This document shows, one piece after another, positions 9,433 through 17,853 of a stretch of DNA of 21,540 nt. The translations under genes and the position numbers were made by a program. A model generated the notes under the pieces. That model was not told the origin of the DNA, made no database searches, and saw only the letters and a list, made by a program, of their open reading frames with translations. Position 1 is the first letter of the stretch, and every line of letters begins with the position of its first letter. This DNA is from Candidatus Hermodarchaeota archaeon (GTDB taxonomy: Archaea > Asgardarchaeota > Lokiarchaeia > Sigyniarchaeales > SOKP01), in the NCBI GenBank assembly GCA_048885535.1, contig JBHLLO010000052.1, forward strand, positions 1-21,540. The letters run 5' to 3'.

Positions 9433-9433
9433 T

Positions 9434-9847
9434 ATGTCGAAGTTTAAAAAAGAGAAAAAAAATAACAAAACCTCAAAAAAAAAAGGCTTAAATGAGGTTT
9501 TTGCTTATAAGACGGTTATAAAGTCCATAGTTTATGCAGGGTTATTTCTAGTAATTTCTATTCTTTTTAACTTGGAAATTATTACTTTTTTCATGGATCA
9601 AGGTGGTTTCTGGGTAATTATTGATGTTATTATTAAAGTTGTAACAATTTTGCTATTTTATTTTTTCATAATTATTAGTATTGGTAATTATCAAGAATTA
9701 GTGGGGCGTCCATTAAAATTAAAGCTAATTATTCTAGTGTTTGTACTATCGCTCCTACAAGCTTTTAGAAATCCATTAGTGTTAACACTCACCTTTTTTG
9801 GACTTGCTGCTATAACCGCTTACATATTTTTTGTTCAAGAAAGTTAA
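9434..9847 (+). CDS. Small integral membrane protein (about 4 TM)
   Basis: 137 aa, Lys-rich N-terminus then hydrophobic segments; 1 nt after the upstream stop. Confidence 0.75.
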   Translation: MSKFKKEKKNNKTSKKKGLNEVFAYKTVIKSIVYAGLFLVISILFNLEIITFFMDQGGFWVIIDVIIKVVTILLFYFFIIISIGNYQELVGRPLKLKLIILVFVLSLLQAFRNPLVLTLTFFGLAAITAYIFFVQES

Positions 9848-9881
9848 ATTTGATATTCAAACTTATCCTTTAATATTATTG

Positions 9882-10625
9882 ATGAAATCAAATTTTCTAT
9901 TTATAGGCCATAGAGGAACTAGGATTGATTTCGATGAAAATACATTAGAAGCATTTGAAATTGCGCTTAAAAGTGGTGCAAACTACATTGAATTTGATAT
10001 CCGTGAATTAAATGATGGTAAAATTGTAGTATTCCACGACGTTTCTTTAGATAGAACCACTAATGATTCGGGTTTAATAAAAGATTATAATTCTACTAAT
10101 ATAATGAATTTACTAACTAAAAATAGAAAGTGTAAAATACCTTTTCTTACTGAGGTTTTGAAAAGCCTGAAGGATAAAATTGGTTTTATAATTGAGTTTA
10201 AGGAAGTAATGCAATGGGAAAATGCTATAAATATAGTCAATAATGAAAATTTACTTCATCAAACTATTTTTAGTGGACGAGATTTTGGTTTATTAAAAAT
10301 GATAAAGAATAAATTTCCTAATATTAAAGTCTGCTACAATATTACTAAAGGAATAGGATTAAATGTTAAAGATTTTCTTGAAAGTCCAAAATTAGAAGAA
10401 ATAGATTTTCCTCTAGATATGATTAATCTTAGATCTGATAAAATTAATGATATATTTGTTGAGAAGTGCCATAGGCATAAAATATTAGTTCTATCTTGGG
10501 ATTTTATTAATTATAAAGCCCCATTGGAAAAAATAAAGCACTTAATCGAGCTAGGAATTGATGGAATTTTATTTGATGATTATAATAATATTAAAACTAT
10601 AAAGGAATACTTATATAATCGTTAA
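9882..10625 (+). CDS. Glycerophosphodiester phosphodiesterase (GDPD, UgpQ/GlpQ family)
   Basis: IGHRG...ENTLEAF...GANYIEFDI...DGKIVVFHD.SLDRTT...IPFLTEVL...LGIDGILFD; ATG at 9882 preferred over the overlapping TTG at 9831. Confidence 0.93.
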   Translation: MKSNFLFIGHRGTRIDFDENTLEAFEIALKSGANYIEFDIRELNDGKIVVFHDVSLDRTTNDSGLIKDYNSTNIMNLLTKNRKCKIPFLTEVLKSLKDKIGFIIEFKEVMQWENAINIVNNENLLHQTIFSGRDFGLLKMIKNKFPNIKVCYNITKGIGLNVKDFLESPKLEEIDFPLDMINLRSDKINDIFVEKCHRHKILVLSWDFINYKAPLEKIKHLIELGIDGILFDDYNNIKTIKEYLYNR

Positions 10626-10626
10626 T

Positions 10627-12684
10627 TTACTTTTCTATTATGGATTTGCCAGGCGGAAGAACTAATATAATTTCATCTAAGGATAATAATTTTGTCCATT
10701 TCTTCATATTTTGCGTAGAAGTTTTTACAAAATGAAGTTTTATTTCCTTAGCTAAGGCTCCTTTTTGTAATCCTGTATTCGAGGGTTTAATAACTATGAA
10801 AGGCAAATTTTTAGATTTAATCGCACTTAGTGGTCCGGCAATTATTTTAGGATAAAATTGACGATTTTCATTATTTGAAGTATCCGATATTTCTACCAAA
10901 CCTAACCCTATACCTAATTCTGTTTTTGCATCTTTTATAATATTTTTTTTACCTAATATCATAAAGGATCCTTTTGGGAGAAATTCTCCCGAGGGAGGAG
11001 TCTTTGAGACTTGATTAGGTAAAACATAAAATACTTCAACGACCCCCCAATTTTCCTTCCAAGCTTTAGAATAACTAGCAACAAAATTGGAAGCTTCTTC
11101 TATTGATTGTTTAGGTATAACTTTTTTCTCTGGATTTTTTATAATTGTTAATGGAGAACCTAGAACTGTGGTGTGTAATACTAAGTCATTATCATCTATA
11201 TATTTTTTAAAAATCAACTCATTAGAACTAGAATCTCTTCCTCCGATAACTAAAAATCCTTCAGAGGTAAAGAACCACCTAAATTTTTCATACCATTTTT
11301 TTTTTGGTTTTTTTATCAAGAAGTCTATTTCTTTTTCAACTAATTGTTTTTTATTTAATAACCGTTGTATCACTTTTTTAGTTTTTTCTATAGCAGGAAT
11401 AGTCCCTTGTAACTTCTTTTCATACTTTTTTCCTTTATTGTAAAGTTTATTAGCATTTTCTCCCAGGCTTTGATTTAAATTCAAATAAACCTCATTATTA
11501 TTTATATTTGCTACAAATTCTTTAGTATGAGGTAAAATCTTAATGAAGAATTCTAAATCCTCTAAGTTATCTTTTTTTGCTTTTAATAACTTATTATTTA
11601 TCTCTTCAAGGGAGTATCCTTTATTTCTTGCATTTGAAATTGTTTCAAATAATTTTTGGAATGAGCTAAAATGAGTATAAATAAAATCACCAAAATCATA
11701 ATATTTTTTTTTCATAACCTTCAATTCTTCAAGGTATTCCAATTGTTTCTTCAGGATTTGTTCTTGAGTCGTTATCTGAGTATCTAATCCATCAGTAGAG
11801 GATTTGATTATTTTGGCATCAATCTTGGAGTAATAATAATCTACAGCTTCATTAAAAAATTTGAAATAAACTTTTTTATAATTTTCAAATAAAGCCAATT
11901 CAAAGGGTTGGATTGAAATTTGGTTTTCATTTTCATCCAATATAATATTTGCTTTAATTTCACCGAAAAGCAAGTTATTTCTTAAACCTTTAAACGCGTT
12001 AAAAAGTGTTTTTAGTTCGTCTTCATTTAAATTAGTTCCTTTTTCTGTTTTTCTTATTCCTGCCCTATAGCAAATTTCTTCACTATGTAAACCTGAAATA
12101 CTTATATTCCTGGCTAAAATTCTGACGATTTCCTCATCTGAACCAATGATGAGGTTATTAAATTCTTCTTGACTTAGTTTTAAAAAACTTTTTCCTCTTG
12201 GTTGAGGATACTGATATTTTCTATTTGGTAAAATATCTCTTTCTCTAAACCTTTTGTAACTATTGGCAATTTTTACAATCCCATTCTCATCAATTAATAT
12301 GTAATTACCTTTATTGAAAAGTTCAATAATAAATTTCCATGGCTTATCATTATAATTGCTAAGCTCTAAAACTATAATGCGATCAAAATTATGTTGCGAA
12401 ATTGATTGTATTTTTCGACTCTTCATGAATTTTCTTAAGGAAATTACAAATTGAGAAGGATATTTAGGGATGGGATAGTTGTAGTTAGTTAAATTGACCC
12501 GAGAATCATTTTGTATTATTAAATTCCGTTTTTCATTATTAGAAGTTCTTATTTTTAGTATTAAAATGTCTTCAATCTCATATAGATTTAAGATGCTTCC
12601 TTGAGAAAGAATGGAATCCAATTCCCTAACAATGGTATAAATATCAAAATTTGAAAATTTTAAGCTAGTACTCATAAAAACCAT
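10627..12684 (-). CDS. rqcH: Ribosome quality-control factor Rqc2/RqcH/NEMF homolog (NFACT family)
   Basis: NFDIY, PSQFVISLRK, FDRII, ELFNKGNYIL, ENANKLY..GKK, KWYEKFRWF, LVIGGRDSSSNE and QVSKTPPSGEFLPKGSFMI motifs; start may be ATG 12675. Confidence 0.93.
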   Translation of the reverse strand: MVFMSTSLKFSNFDIYTIVRELDSILSQGSILNLYEIEDILILKIRTSNNEKRNLIIQNDSRVNLTNYNYPIPKYPSQFVISLRKFMKSRKIQSISQHNFDRIIVLELSNYNDKPWKFIIELFNKGNYILIDENGIVKIANSYKRFRERDILPNRKYQYPQPRGKSFLKLSQEEFNNLIIGSDEEIVRILARNISISGLHSEEICYRAGIRKTEKGTNLNEDELKTLFNAFKGLRNNLLFGEIKANIILDENENQISIQPFELALFENYKKVYFKFFNEAVDYYYSKIDAKIIKSSTDGLDTQITTQEQILKKQLEYLEELKVMKKKYYDFGDFIYTHFSSFQKLFETISNARNKGYSLEEINNKLLKAKKDNLEDLEFFIKILPHTKEFVANINNNEVYLNLNQSLGENANKLYNKGKKYEKKLQGTIPAIEKTKKVIQRLLNKKQLVEKEIDFLIKKPKKKWYEKFRWFFTSEGFLVIGGRDSSSNELIFKKYIDDNDLVLHTTVLGSPLTIIKNPEKKVIPKQSIEEASNFVASYSKAWKENWGVVEVFYVLPNQVSKTPPSGEFLPKGSFMILGKKNIIKDAKTELGIGLGLVEISDTSNNENRQFYPKIIAGPLSAIKSKNLPFIVIKPSNTGLQKGALAKEIKLHFVKTSTQNMKKWTKLLSLDEIILVLPPGKSIIEK

Positions 12685-12745
12685 AATTGTTTGAAAAAAT
12701 CAAATAAAGTTTAGACTTTATTTCAATATATATAATGGTTTTTAT
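12674..12745. repeat. Nested imperfect inverted repeat spanning the rqcH / EMC6-like divergent spacer
   Basis: Outer arms ATAAAAACCAT (12674-12684) and ATGGTTTTTAT (12735-12745); inner AAATAAAGT-TTAG-ACTTTATTT (12702-12723). Confidence 0.7.
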
Positions 12746-12770
12746 AATAAATAATATTTATAATACTATA

Positions 12771-13190
12771 ATGGTTAAGAAAGATAAACGCCATAGACGG
12801 ATTAATATAAAAAAAGAACGTAAAAAGCTTATTAGGGAAAAAAAGAAGCAACTACAAAAACAAGATTTATTAGCAGATAAGAAATCTACTAAGGAAATAG
12901 ATATACGTTTAGAAAAAGAAACAAAGCTTTACTGGGTTAGAGCTGTTTCGGGATTAGTCTCAGGCTTAGTCGGAGTTTTAATAGGTCTAAAAGGATGGTT
13001 GTTATTAATCTGGATGATATGTTTTTGGTTTATTACTCCATTTTTTGTAAGTTTTATTATATTTAGATATGAATATAACAAAGAAAAATGGAATTGGAAG
13101 AATATTATAAAACCAGGTATAGGAATCTTTTTCTTACTTTTTATGATAGTATCAACTATCACTTTCACGTTGATGAAGTTTTTTATGTGA
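12771..13190 (+). CDS. EMC6/Rab5ip-like 3-TM membrane protein with basic N-terminal extension
   Basis: LYWVRAVSGLVSGLVGVLIGLKGW, a second TM, then WKNIIKPGIGIFFLLFMIVSTITFTL resemble the EMC6 pattern (Y.R...SG...G..GL.G and G...F.L...T..). ATG 12771 preferred over 12735 because the extra 12 codons look like AT-rich promoter sequence. Confidence 0.6.
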   Translation: MVKKDKRHRRINIKKERKKLIREKKKQLQKQDLLADKKSTKEIDIRLEKETKLYWVRAVSGLVSGLVGVLIGLKGWLLLIWMICFWFITPFFVSFIIFRYEYNKEKWNWKNIIKPGIGIFFLLFMIVSTITFTLMKFFM

Positions 13191-13196
13191 TTTTAA

Positions 13197-13700
13197 TTAT
13201 AGTTGAATTATCTGCTTTACAGTTTTCTCAATTTTTTCCCGTGATGTGAATTTTATCTCATCTAATTTGTAAATTCTATTACAATATATACATTGGATTT
13301 TCAATGGCTTTTCTTCTAAAACTAAGAATTCTGTATCAATTGGTTCATCAGAGCTAGAAATACAAGTAATATTTTGACATAATATCAGTTTTTCAATGAT
13401 CTGAGGTAATTTTACCTTTTTTTTTTCAATTACTCTATAGTTATCGATCAAAGATATAGTGGCATTAGGTGAAAGGATCGATATTTGTTGCATTTGTATT
13501 TCATTAAGGAAAACTCCTTCGATTTTAATTATATCCTTTTTTTTTAATTTATTAGATGATACATTCACACCAATTGTCATAAGGTTAGGAGATTCATCTA
13601 AACCCGTAAGATTTAGAATAGTTAGTGCATATCCTGCATCGATATGGTCAATAACTGTTCCTTTCTTAATTTTATCTATTTTTAATTTTTCTTCAGACAT
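13197..13700 (-). CDS. pyrI: Aspartate carbamoyltransferase regulatory subunit
   Basis: GTVIDHI, NVSS.KL.KKDIIKIEG, SPNATISLI.NYRVIEK, and Zn ligands C-x4-C (CQNITC) and C-x2-C (CIYC). Confidence 0.96.
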   Translation of the reverse strand: MSEEKLKIDKIKKGTVIDHIDAGYALTILNLTGLDESPNLMTIGVNVSSNKLKKKDIIKIEGVFLNEIQMQQISILSPNATISLIDNYRVIEKKKVKLPQIIEKLILCQNITCISSSDEPIDTEFLVLEEKPLKIQCIYCNRIYKLDEIKFTSREKIEKTVKQIIQL

Positions 13701-13732
13701 TTTCTTGTAATTATTATGAATTTTTGACTTAT

Positions 13733-14812
13733 TTAAATTATTGTGAATGAAAAGAAAAATAATACACTTGAAATAACAAAGTTATAAGTAAGATTATCAT
13801 CGACTTCTAAATCTAGATAATCTAAGATTCCCACGATTAAAGCCCCAATTAAGGACAGGAATAAGATATTTTGTATTCTCAAAAAATATAACCCATTCAG
13901 TAATGATAAAACAATAATTCCTGAAATAAATGCCACTATAGCTCCAGCAATTAAACCCTCATAAGTTTTATTTGTGTTTCGAATTTTATTTCGCCCATAA
14001 GTTCTTCCAAACAAATTTGAAGTCATATCCCCAAAAATAGCCATTGTCATAGAAGTACAGATTATTAAAGGGCCAATAGGTTGAATTAGACCATAAATTA
14101 TTATGATAGAAAAGCATCCAATCCCCATAGAAATATGAGGGCCAAGTCTCATATGACGTTCCTTCTCTCTTAAAATTTTATTTACAGGTTTTAATGGATA
14201 AAATGTAGGTTTCAATATTCTTACGAATTCTGCTGTAAAAAATCCAATTAAAGAGATTCCTACTAGACAAACAACCAAATACTGGGTGAAAATCATTTGA
14301 TCATCGATATTATAATAAACTGAAAAAAATAATTCAGATAAAAATTCTGGTAATATCTCAAATAAATAAACAAATAGGTTCTGAACGAGAAAACCTAATG
14401 TAAAATAAAAAAATATAATTCCTAAAACTATCAAATGCGTTAATTTCCGATAGATTTCATACTTTAAGGGTAATGCCTTAAAAGAATTTGGATCACTTTT
14501 ATTTTTAGTTTTTATCATTTTACTTCTTTTTTTTTCCCTTCGAATTAACAAATAAAAAAGTGGTAAAAATAATACAATAAAACTTAACAAAAGAACATCA
14601 AAAGGAAAAATTAAAAAATCAATACTAGTAATCCGAAGTAAATTTATTATTAATAGATTAATTGAGAGTGCTATTATAAGAACTAATGTATTAATTAAAT
14701 TATTATAATAAGCTCCTTTTTCACCCTTCTTTTTAGTTAGAAAAGTAATGTATAATAAAATTGAGCTATAAAAATAAAAAAATCCTACAATAATATAAGA
14801 TAATAAATCCAA
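13733..14812 (-). CDS. CTP-dependent polyprenol kinase family membrane protein (dolichol/phytol/diacylglycerol kinase-like)
   Basis: EIYRKLTH, EFVRI, LREKE, GDMTSNLFGRTYGRNK, NKTYEG and DDNL motifs in a polytopic membrane protein; TTG start. Confidence 0.85.
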   Translation of the reverse strand: MDLLSYIIVGFFYFYSSILLYITFLTKKKGEKGAYYNNLINTLVLIIALSINLLIINLLRITSIDFLIFPFDVLLLSFIVLFLPLFYLLIRREKKRSKMIKTKNKSDPNSFKALPLKYEIYRKLTHLIVLGIIFFYFTLGFLVQNLFVYLFEILPEFLSELFFSVYYNIDDQMIFTQYLVVCLVGISLIGFFTAEFVRILKPTFYPLKPVNKILREKERHMRLGPHISMGIGCFSIIIIYGLIQPIGPLIICTSMTMAIFGDMTSNLFGRTYGRNKIRNTNKTYEGLIAGAIVAFISGIIVLSLLNGLYFLRIQNILFLSLIGALIVGILDYLDLEVDDNLTYNFVISSVLFFFSFTII

Positions 14813-14888
14813 AGAGTACCACGTGGTTCTTTTATAAAGAAAATGAACTTATTAATTTTAAGATTTTCTGTGGGATAATGGTCAATAA

Positions 14889-14909
14889 CGAAATAAAAAA
14901 ATTATTTCG
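14889..14909 (-). terminator. Hairpin with U-rich loop downstream of the Roadblock gene
   Basis: CGAAATAA-AAAAA-TTATTTCG (8-bp arms), 20 nt past the stop; includes a T7 run on the minus strand. Confidence 0.45.
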
Positions 14910-14929
14910 CTAGATTCTAAAAATTTTTA

Positions 14930-15334
14930 TTATCTTCCTTCAAAAATTTTTGCTAAATTTTTAGCTGCAACTCTCATTACTTTAACGGTCTTCATTAAAG
15001 TATCAATTAATGTTCCAGCACACACAATAACTAATGGACCAGCATTACTTACAACAATATAACCATTTTGAGCTCTTACAATTATTTCACTTAACTCTTC
15101 TTGGAATAAGGTTTGAATGGTTGAGCTACCTGTCATAAGTAGGGCACTCGCAAGACCACAGAATTGATCGCCATCAACATGATATTGAGGGAGAGCAGAA
15201 AACGCAATTTGATATCCCTCTTGAGAAACAAGTGCAATTGCCTCAATGTCTGCATTAGAGGTTATAAACGTGATTTGAGGGCTTATCTTTTCAATATCTT
15301 CATCAGTAATTCCAAGATCACTTCCAAATTGAAT
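14930..15334 (-). CDS. Roadblock/LC7 (MglB-like) domain protein, about 134 aa, with non-canonical start
   Basis: The frame of the 68-aa track ORF stays open to 15334: IQFGSDLGITDEDIEKISPQITFITSNADIEAIALVSQEGYQIAFSALPQYHVDGDQFCGLASALLMTGSSTIQTLFQEELSEIIVRAQNGYIVVSNAGPLVIVCAGTLIDTLMKTVKVMRVAAKNLAKIFEGR. IEAIALVS.EG..IA and L.EIIVR...GYIVV..AG are Roadblock hallmarks. Start position uncertain. Confidence 0.85.
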   Translation of the reverse strand: MQFGSDLGITDEDIEKISPQITFITSNADIEAIALVSQEGYQIAFSALPQYHVDGDQFCGLASALLMTGSSTIQTLFQEELSEIIVRAQNGYIVVSNAGPLVIVCAGTLIDTLMKTVKVMRVAAKNLAKIFEGR

Positions 15335-15543
15335 CTAAATCACCATTTTTAGATAATTTAAAAATAGAACCTTAATATCAGTAATTTTATTAAAATTCTT
15401 TATATTTATATTTTTTTACCAAAAATCAATCAATTTATAAAAGGAATTACAAAATAAAAACTGCAACTTAAATTTTAATATTAATTCAACTATAAATTAT
15501 TCAAATTTTACAATTAGTATTATAGTAAATTTATTTTCAAATT

Positions 15544-17853
15544 ATGATAACTACACGAGAATCTATTAACTATCAGTTTTCATTGATTTTTGGATATTCA
15601 AGTCCTAAAGACCTCATTGTTGGAAATGTTTTAGGTCCGGGTAAACTAACAAGAGAAAAAGTAAATGAATTATCATATGATGTTATAAGATTTTTACGAA
15701 TGTATAATGCTATATTAAGAGATTATACAGGATCTGAGCTGTATTATGTTGAGTTTGAATTATTTAATTTCGATGAGAAGGATGCTAAAATCAAGATTTA
15801 TCCAAAATCTATGTTATTAGTTCCTGGAAAGTATAAGGAATGTGAGAGTTTACTTCTTGGCTTAAAGCCAGATACAGGTTATTTGGATATTCACAAGTCT
15901 AGGGCTTCTCTTGACAATATAAGCAAGCTATTTTTTGAAGTAGAGGAGTTTACAAACCATCCAGACTTAAATAATGACGATAAGTGTAATTTCTTAGGAA
16001 GTTTTGCAGTGAGATTTAGCAAAAAATTATATGGTGAACTAATAGAGGATAAATGGAATAAAAAGTTAATTGGAATAACTACCTCATTACCAACTGATAA
16101 GGAAATGCTAACTCAATACGGTTCTATTAGAAACGATTTAAAAATTTTTTGGAATAGGAAACCCATTGAATATAATTTCTTGAATTATGAATATGGGAGA
16201 TTTTCTACTCCATTTTCGGACAAAATGGCTATTGAACATCTAAAATATTTAATCTCTGAACCTAGCGCTAGAGTTTTGGTTGAACATACATTAAAATTGG
16301 GCACAAGCCTATTAAAGCTAGCTAATACTGGAACTATGGATGAAACTCAAGAGAGAATTTTGGTATATCTAATTAAAATGCTTAAGGAAGATCTCGTATT
16401 AAGAGATGTAGAATGTCCTACTGGAGAGCTATTTTCTTATTCTGAAGATTTCTTGGTCAATATGGAAAAGAATTTAAATCAATTTTCAGAGATTGCTGAA
16501 AAGTTTCTTAGCTCTGGAGAAAAAGGGGAACTGACAAAACTTTTGGAACTTTTTGAGTTGTTTATACAGAGTGAAAGTAACTTAAATAGCAGAGATCGAT
16601 TTAGAGAGATATTCAATTTATGTAAATTTTCTTTATTTCAATCAGTTAGTCGAGAACAGGATTTGATTGCTATAGAATTAAGTTCAGCTCTAAATTATTT
16701 TTTTGAGCTTTTTAAACAGTGTTTTACAATAATTAGAAGGGCGCTTCCTCGTTTTCTATATCGTAGAGAATTGATTCTTCTAGCAAATCTGCTTATTAAA
16801 AATGTAAAAGCCAAACTTGAAAGAGAACAAAAACCAGCTAAGGCATTAGGAGGAAATTTAATCTCCAAATTCGAACTTACACTCAAAAGTAGAATTGAAT
16901 TTAGTTCAAGGGTATTATCAAAGAATTATTCTTTTGATAGAAATTCATTAATAAAAAACTTTAAAAAGATTGTTATTGAGACTTTTTCACACTTTTTTAA
17001 AAACATTGAATTGGACATAAGTGATCTGATTTCTTTTGCTGAAGTCCAAATGGAGAATAATCCAGAATTGATAAAAAGGCATTTAGATAAATTCGAGAGA
17101 TTTTCAAAAGAATTAACATTTATGGCTAATTATATTTTAAGATATTCTACAATTAACCGATTTTTAAAAGATGAAAACGCTTTTGAAGTAGCTGATCCAG
17201 TCACATTTGCTAATAAATTTTATAGATTTCTTGAAAAAAGAGTGGCAGGCATCGATTTAGAATGGAAGGGATATGTATTAGAATGGATAAAGGATTATGC
17301 TAAAAAGTTTTTTGACGTCACAGAGAAAAGAGATTGGCGATTAAATGAGACTTTTACAGACTTTATCGAATACTTTGAGCAGCGTGAAAAACTTGAGCAA
17401 GATATAAAACACTTTTTTTCTTTCTTGGATAAGTATATTGCTCAAGTAGTAGATGAGAATGAGAAACATCTTTTATTAGATTTCTATAAACAATTTGAAT
17501 ATTCTCTCGATATTAAGTTTGAATTTCCAATTTATGTTCAAAAAACAATTGAAACTGAACTTAACTTGATAAATTTTGATGAAATAAGAACAAGTCCTAT
17601 CAATTTTCTAAGTATTTCTGAAGATGATACAATTTATGATTATATTAGGGAAAATGAAGTCAAATATTTTTCAAAACTTATTCCTCGACCAAAAAGTATA
17701 ATTTTAAGACATGATTTCAGTAATGAAGAGAAAGAATCGTTTATTGGGAATTTGTTCCATGTTATTCATTTTAAATATTGGCATAATAAGTCAAATTATG
17801 TAATTTCTGATAATTTTAAAGAAGTTTATAGGGAGTGGATTAAGGAATTATGA
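15544..17853 (+). CDS. Hypothetical protein, 769 aa, alpha/beta N-terminal domain followed by a long helical region
   Basis: Uninterrupted ATG ORF, no TM segment, no Walker or other catalytic motif recognised. Confidence 0.85.
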   Translation: MITTRESINYQFSLIFGYSSPKDLIVGNVLGPGKLTREKVNELSYDVIRFLRMYNAILRDYTGSELYYVEFELFNFDEKDAKIKIYPKSMLLVPGKYKECESLLLGLKPDTGYLDIHKSRASLDNISKLFFEVEEFTNHPDLNNDDKCNFLGSFAVRFSKKLYGELIEDKWNKKLIGITTSLPTDKEMLTQYGSIRNDLKIFWNRKPIEYNFLNYEYGRFSTPFSDKMAIEHLKYLISEPSARVLVEHTLKLGTSLLKLANTGTMDETQERILVYLIKMLKEDLVLRDVECPTGELFSYSEDFLVNMEKNLNQFSEIAEKFLSSGEKGELTKLLELFELFIQSESNLNSRDRFREIFNLCKFSLFQSVSREQDLIAIELSSALNYFFELFKQCFTIIRRALPRFLYRRELILLANLLIKNVKAKLEREQKPAKALGGNLISKFELTLKSRIEFSSRVLSKNYSFDRNSLIKNFKKIVIETFSHFFKNIELDISDLISFAEVQMENNPELIKRHLDKFERFSKELTFMANYILRYSTINRFLKDENAFEVADPVTFANKFYRFLEKRVAGIDLEWKGYVLEWIKDYAKKFFDVTEKRDWRLNETFTDFIEYFEQREKLEQDIKHFFSFLDKYIAQVVDENEKHLLLDFYKQFEYSLDIKFEFPIYVQKTIETELNLINFDEIRTSPINFLSISEDDTIYDYIRENEVKYFSKLIPRPKSIILRHDFSNEEKESFIGNLFHVIHFKYWHNKSNYVISDNFKEVYREWIKEL

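Noticed and set aside
11087-11443. 118-aa plus-strand ORF
   Set aside because: Entirely antisense to the conserved NFACT-R region of rqcH.
12929-13710. 79-aa (-) and 83-aa (+) ORFs
   Set aside because: Shadows of the EMC6-like gene and pyrI.
15164-15352. 62-aa plus-strand ORF
   Set aside because: Antisense to the N-terminal half of the Roadblock gene, which explains this sequence better.
15383-15397. AATTTTA-T-TAAAATT palindrome in the Roadblock promoter region
   Set aside because: Pure A/T in an extremely AT-rich spacer; likely chance.
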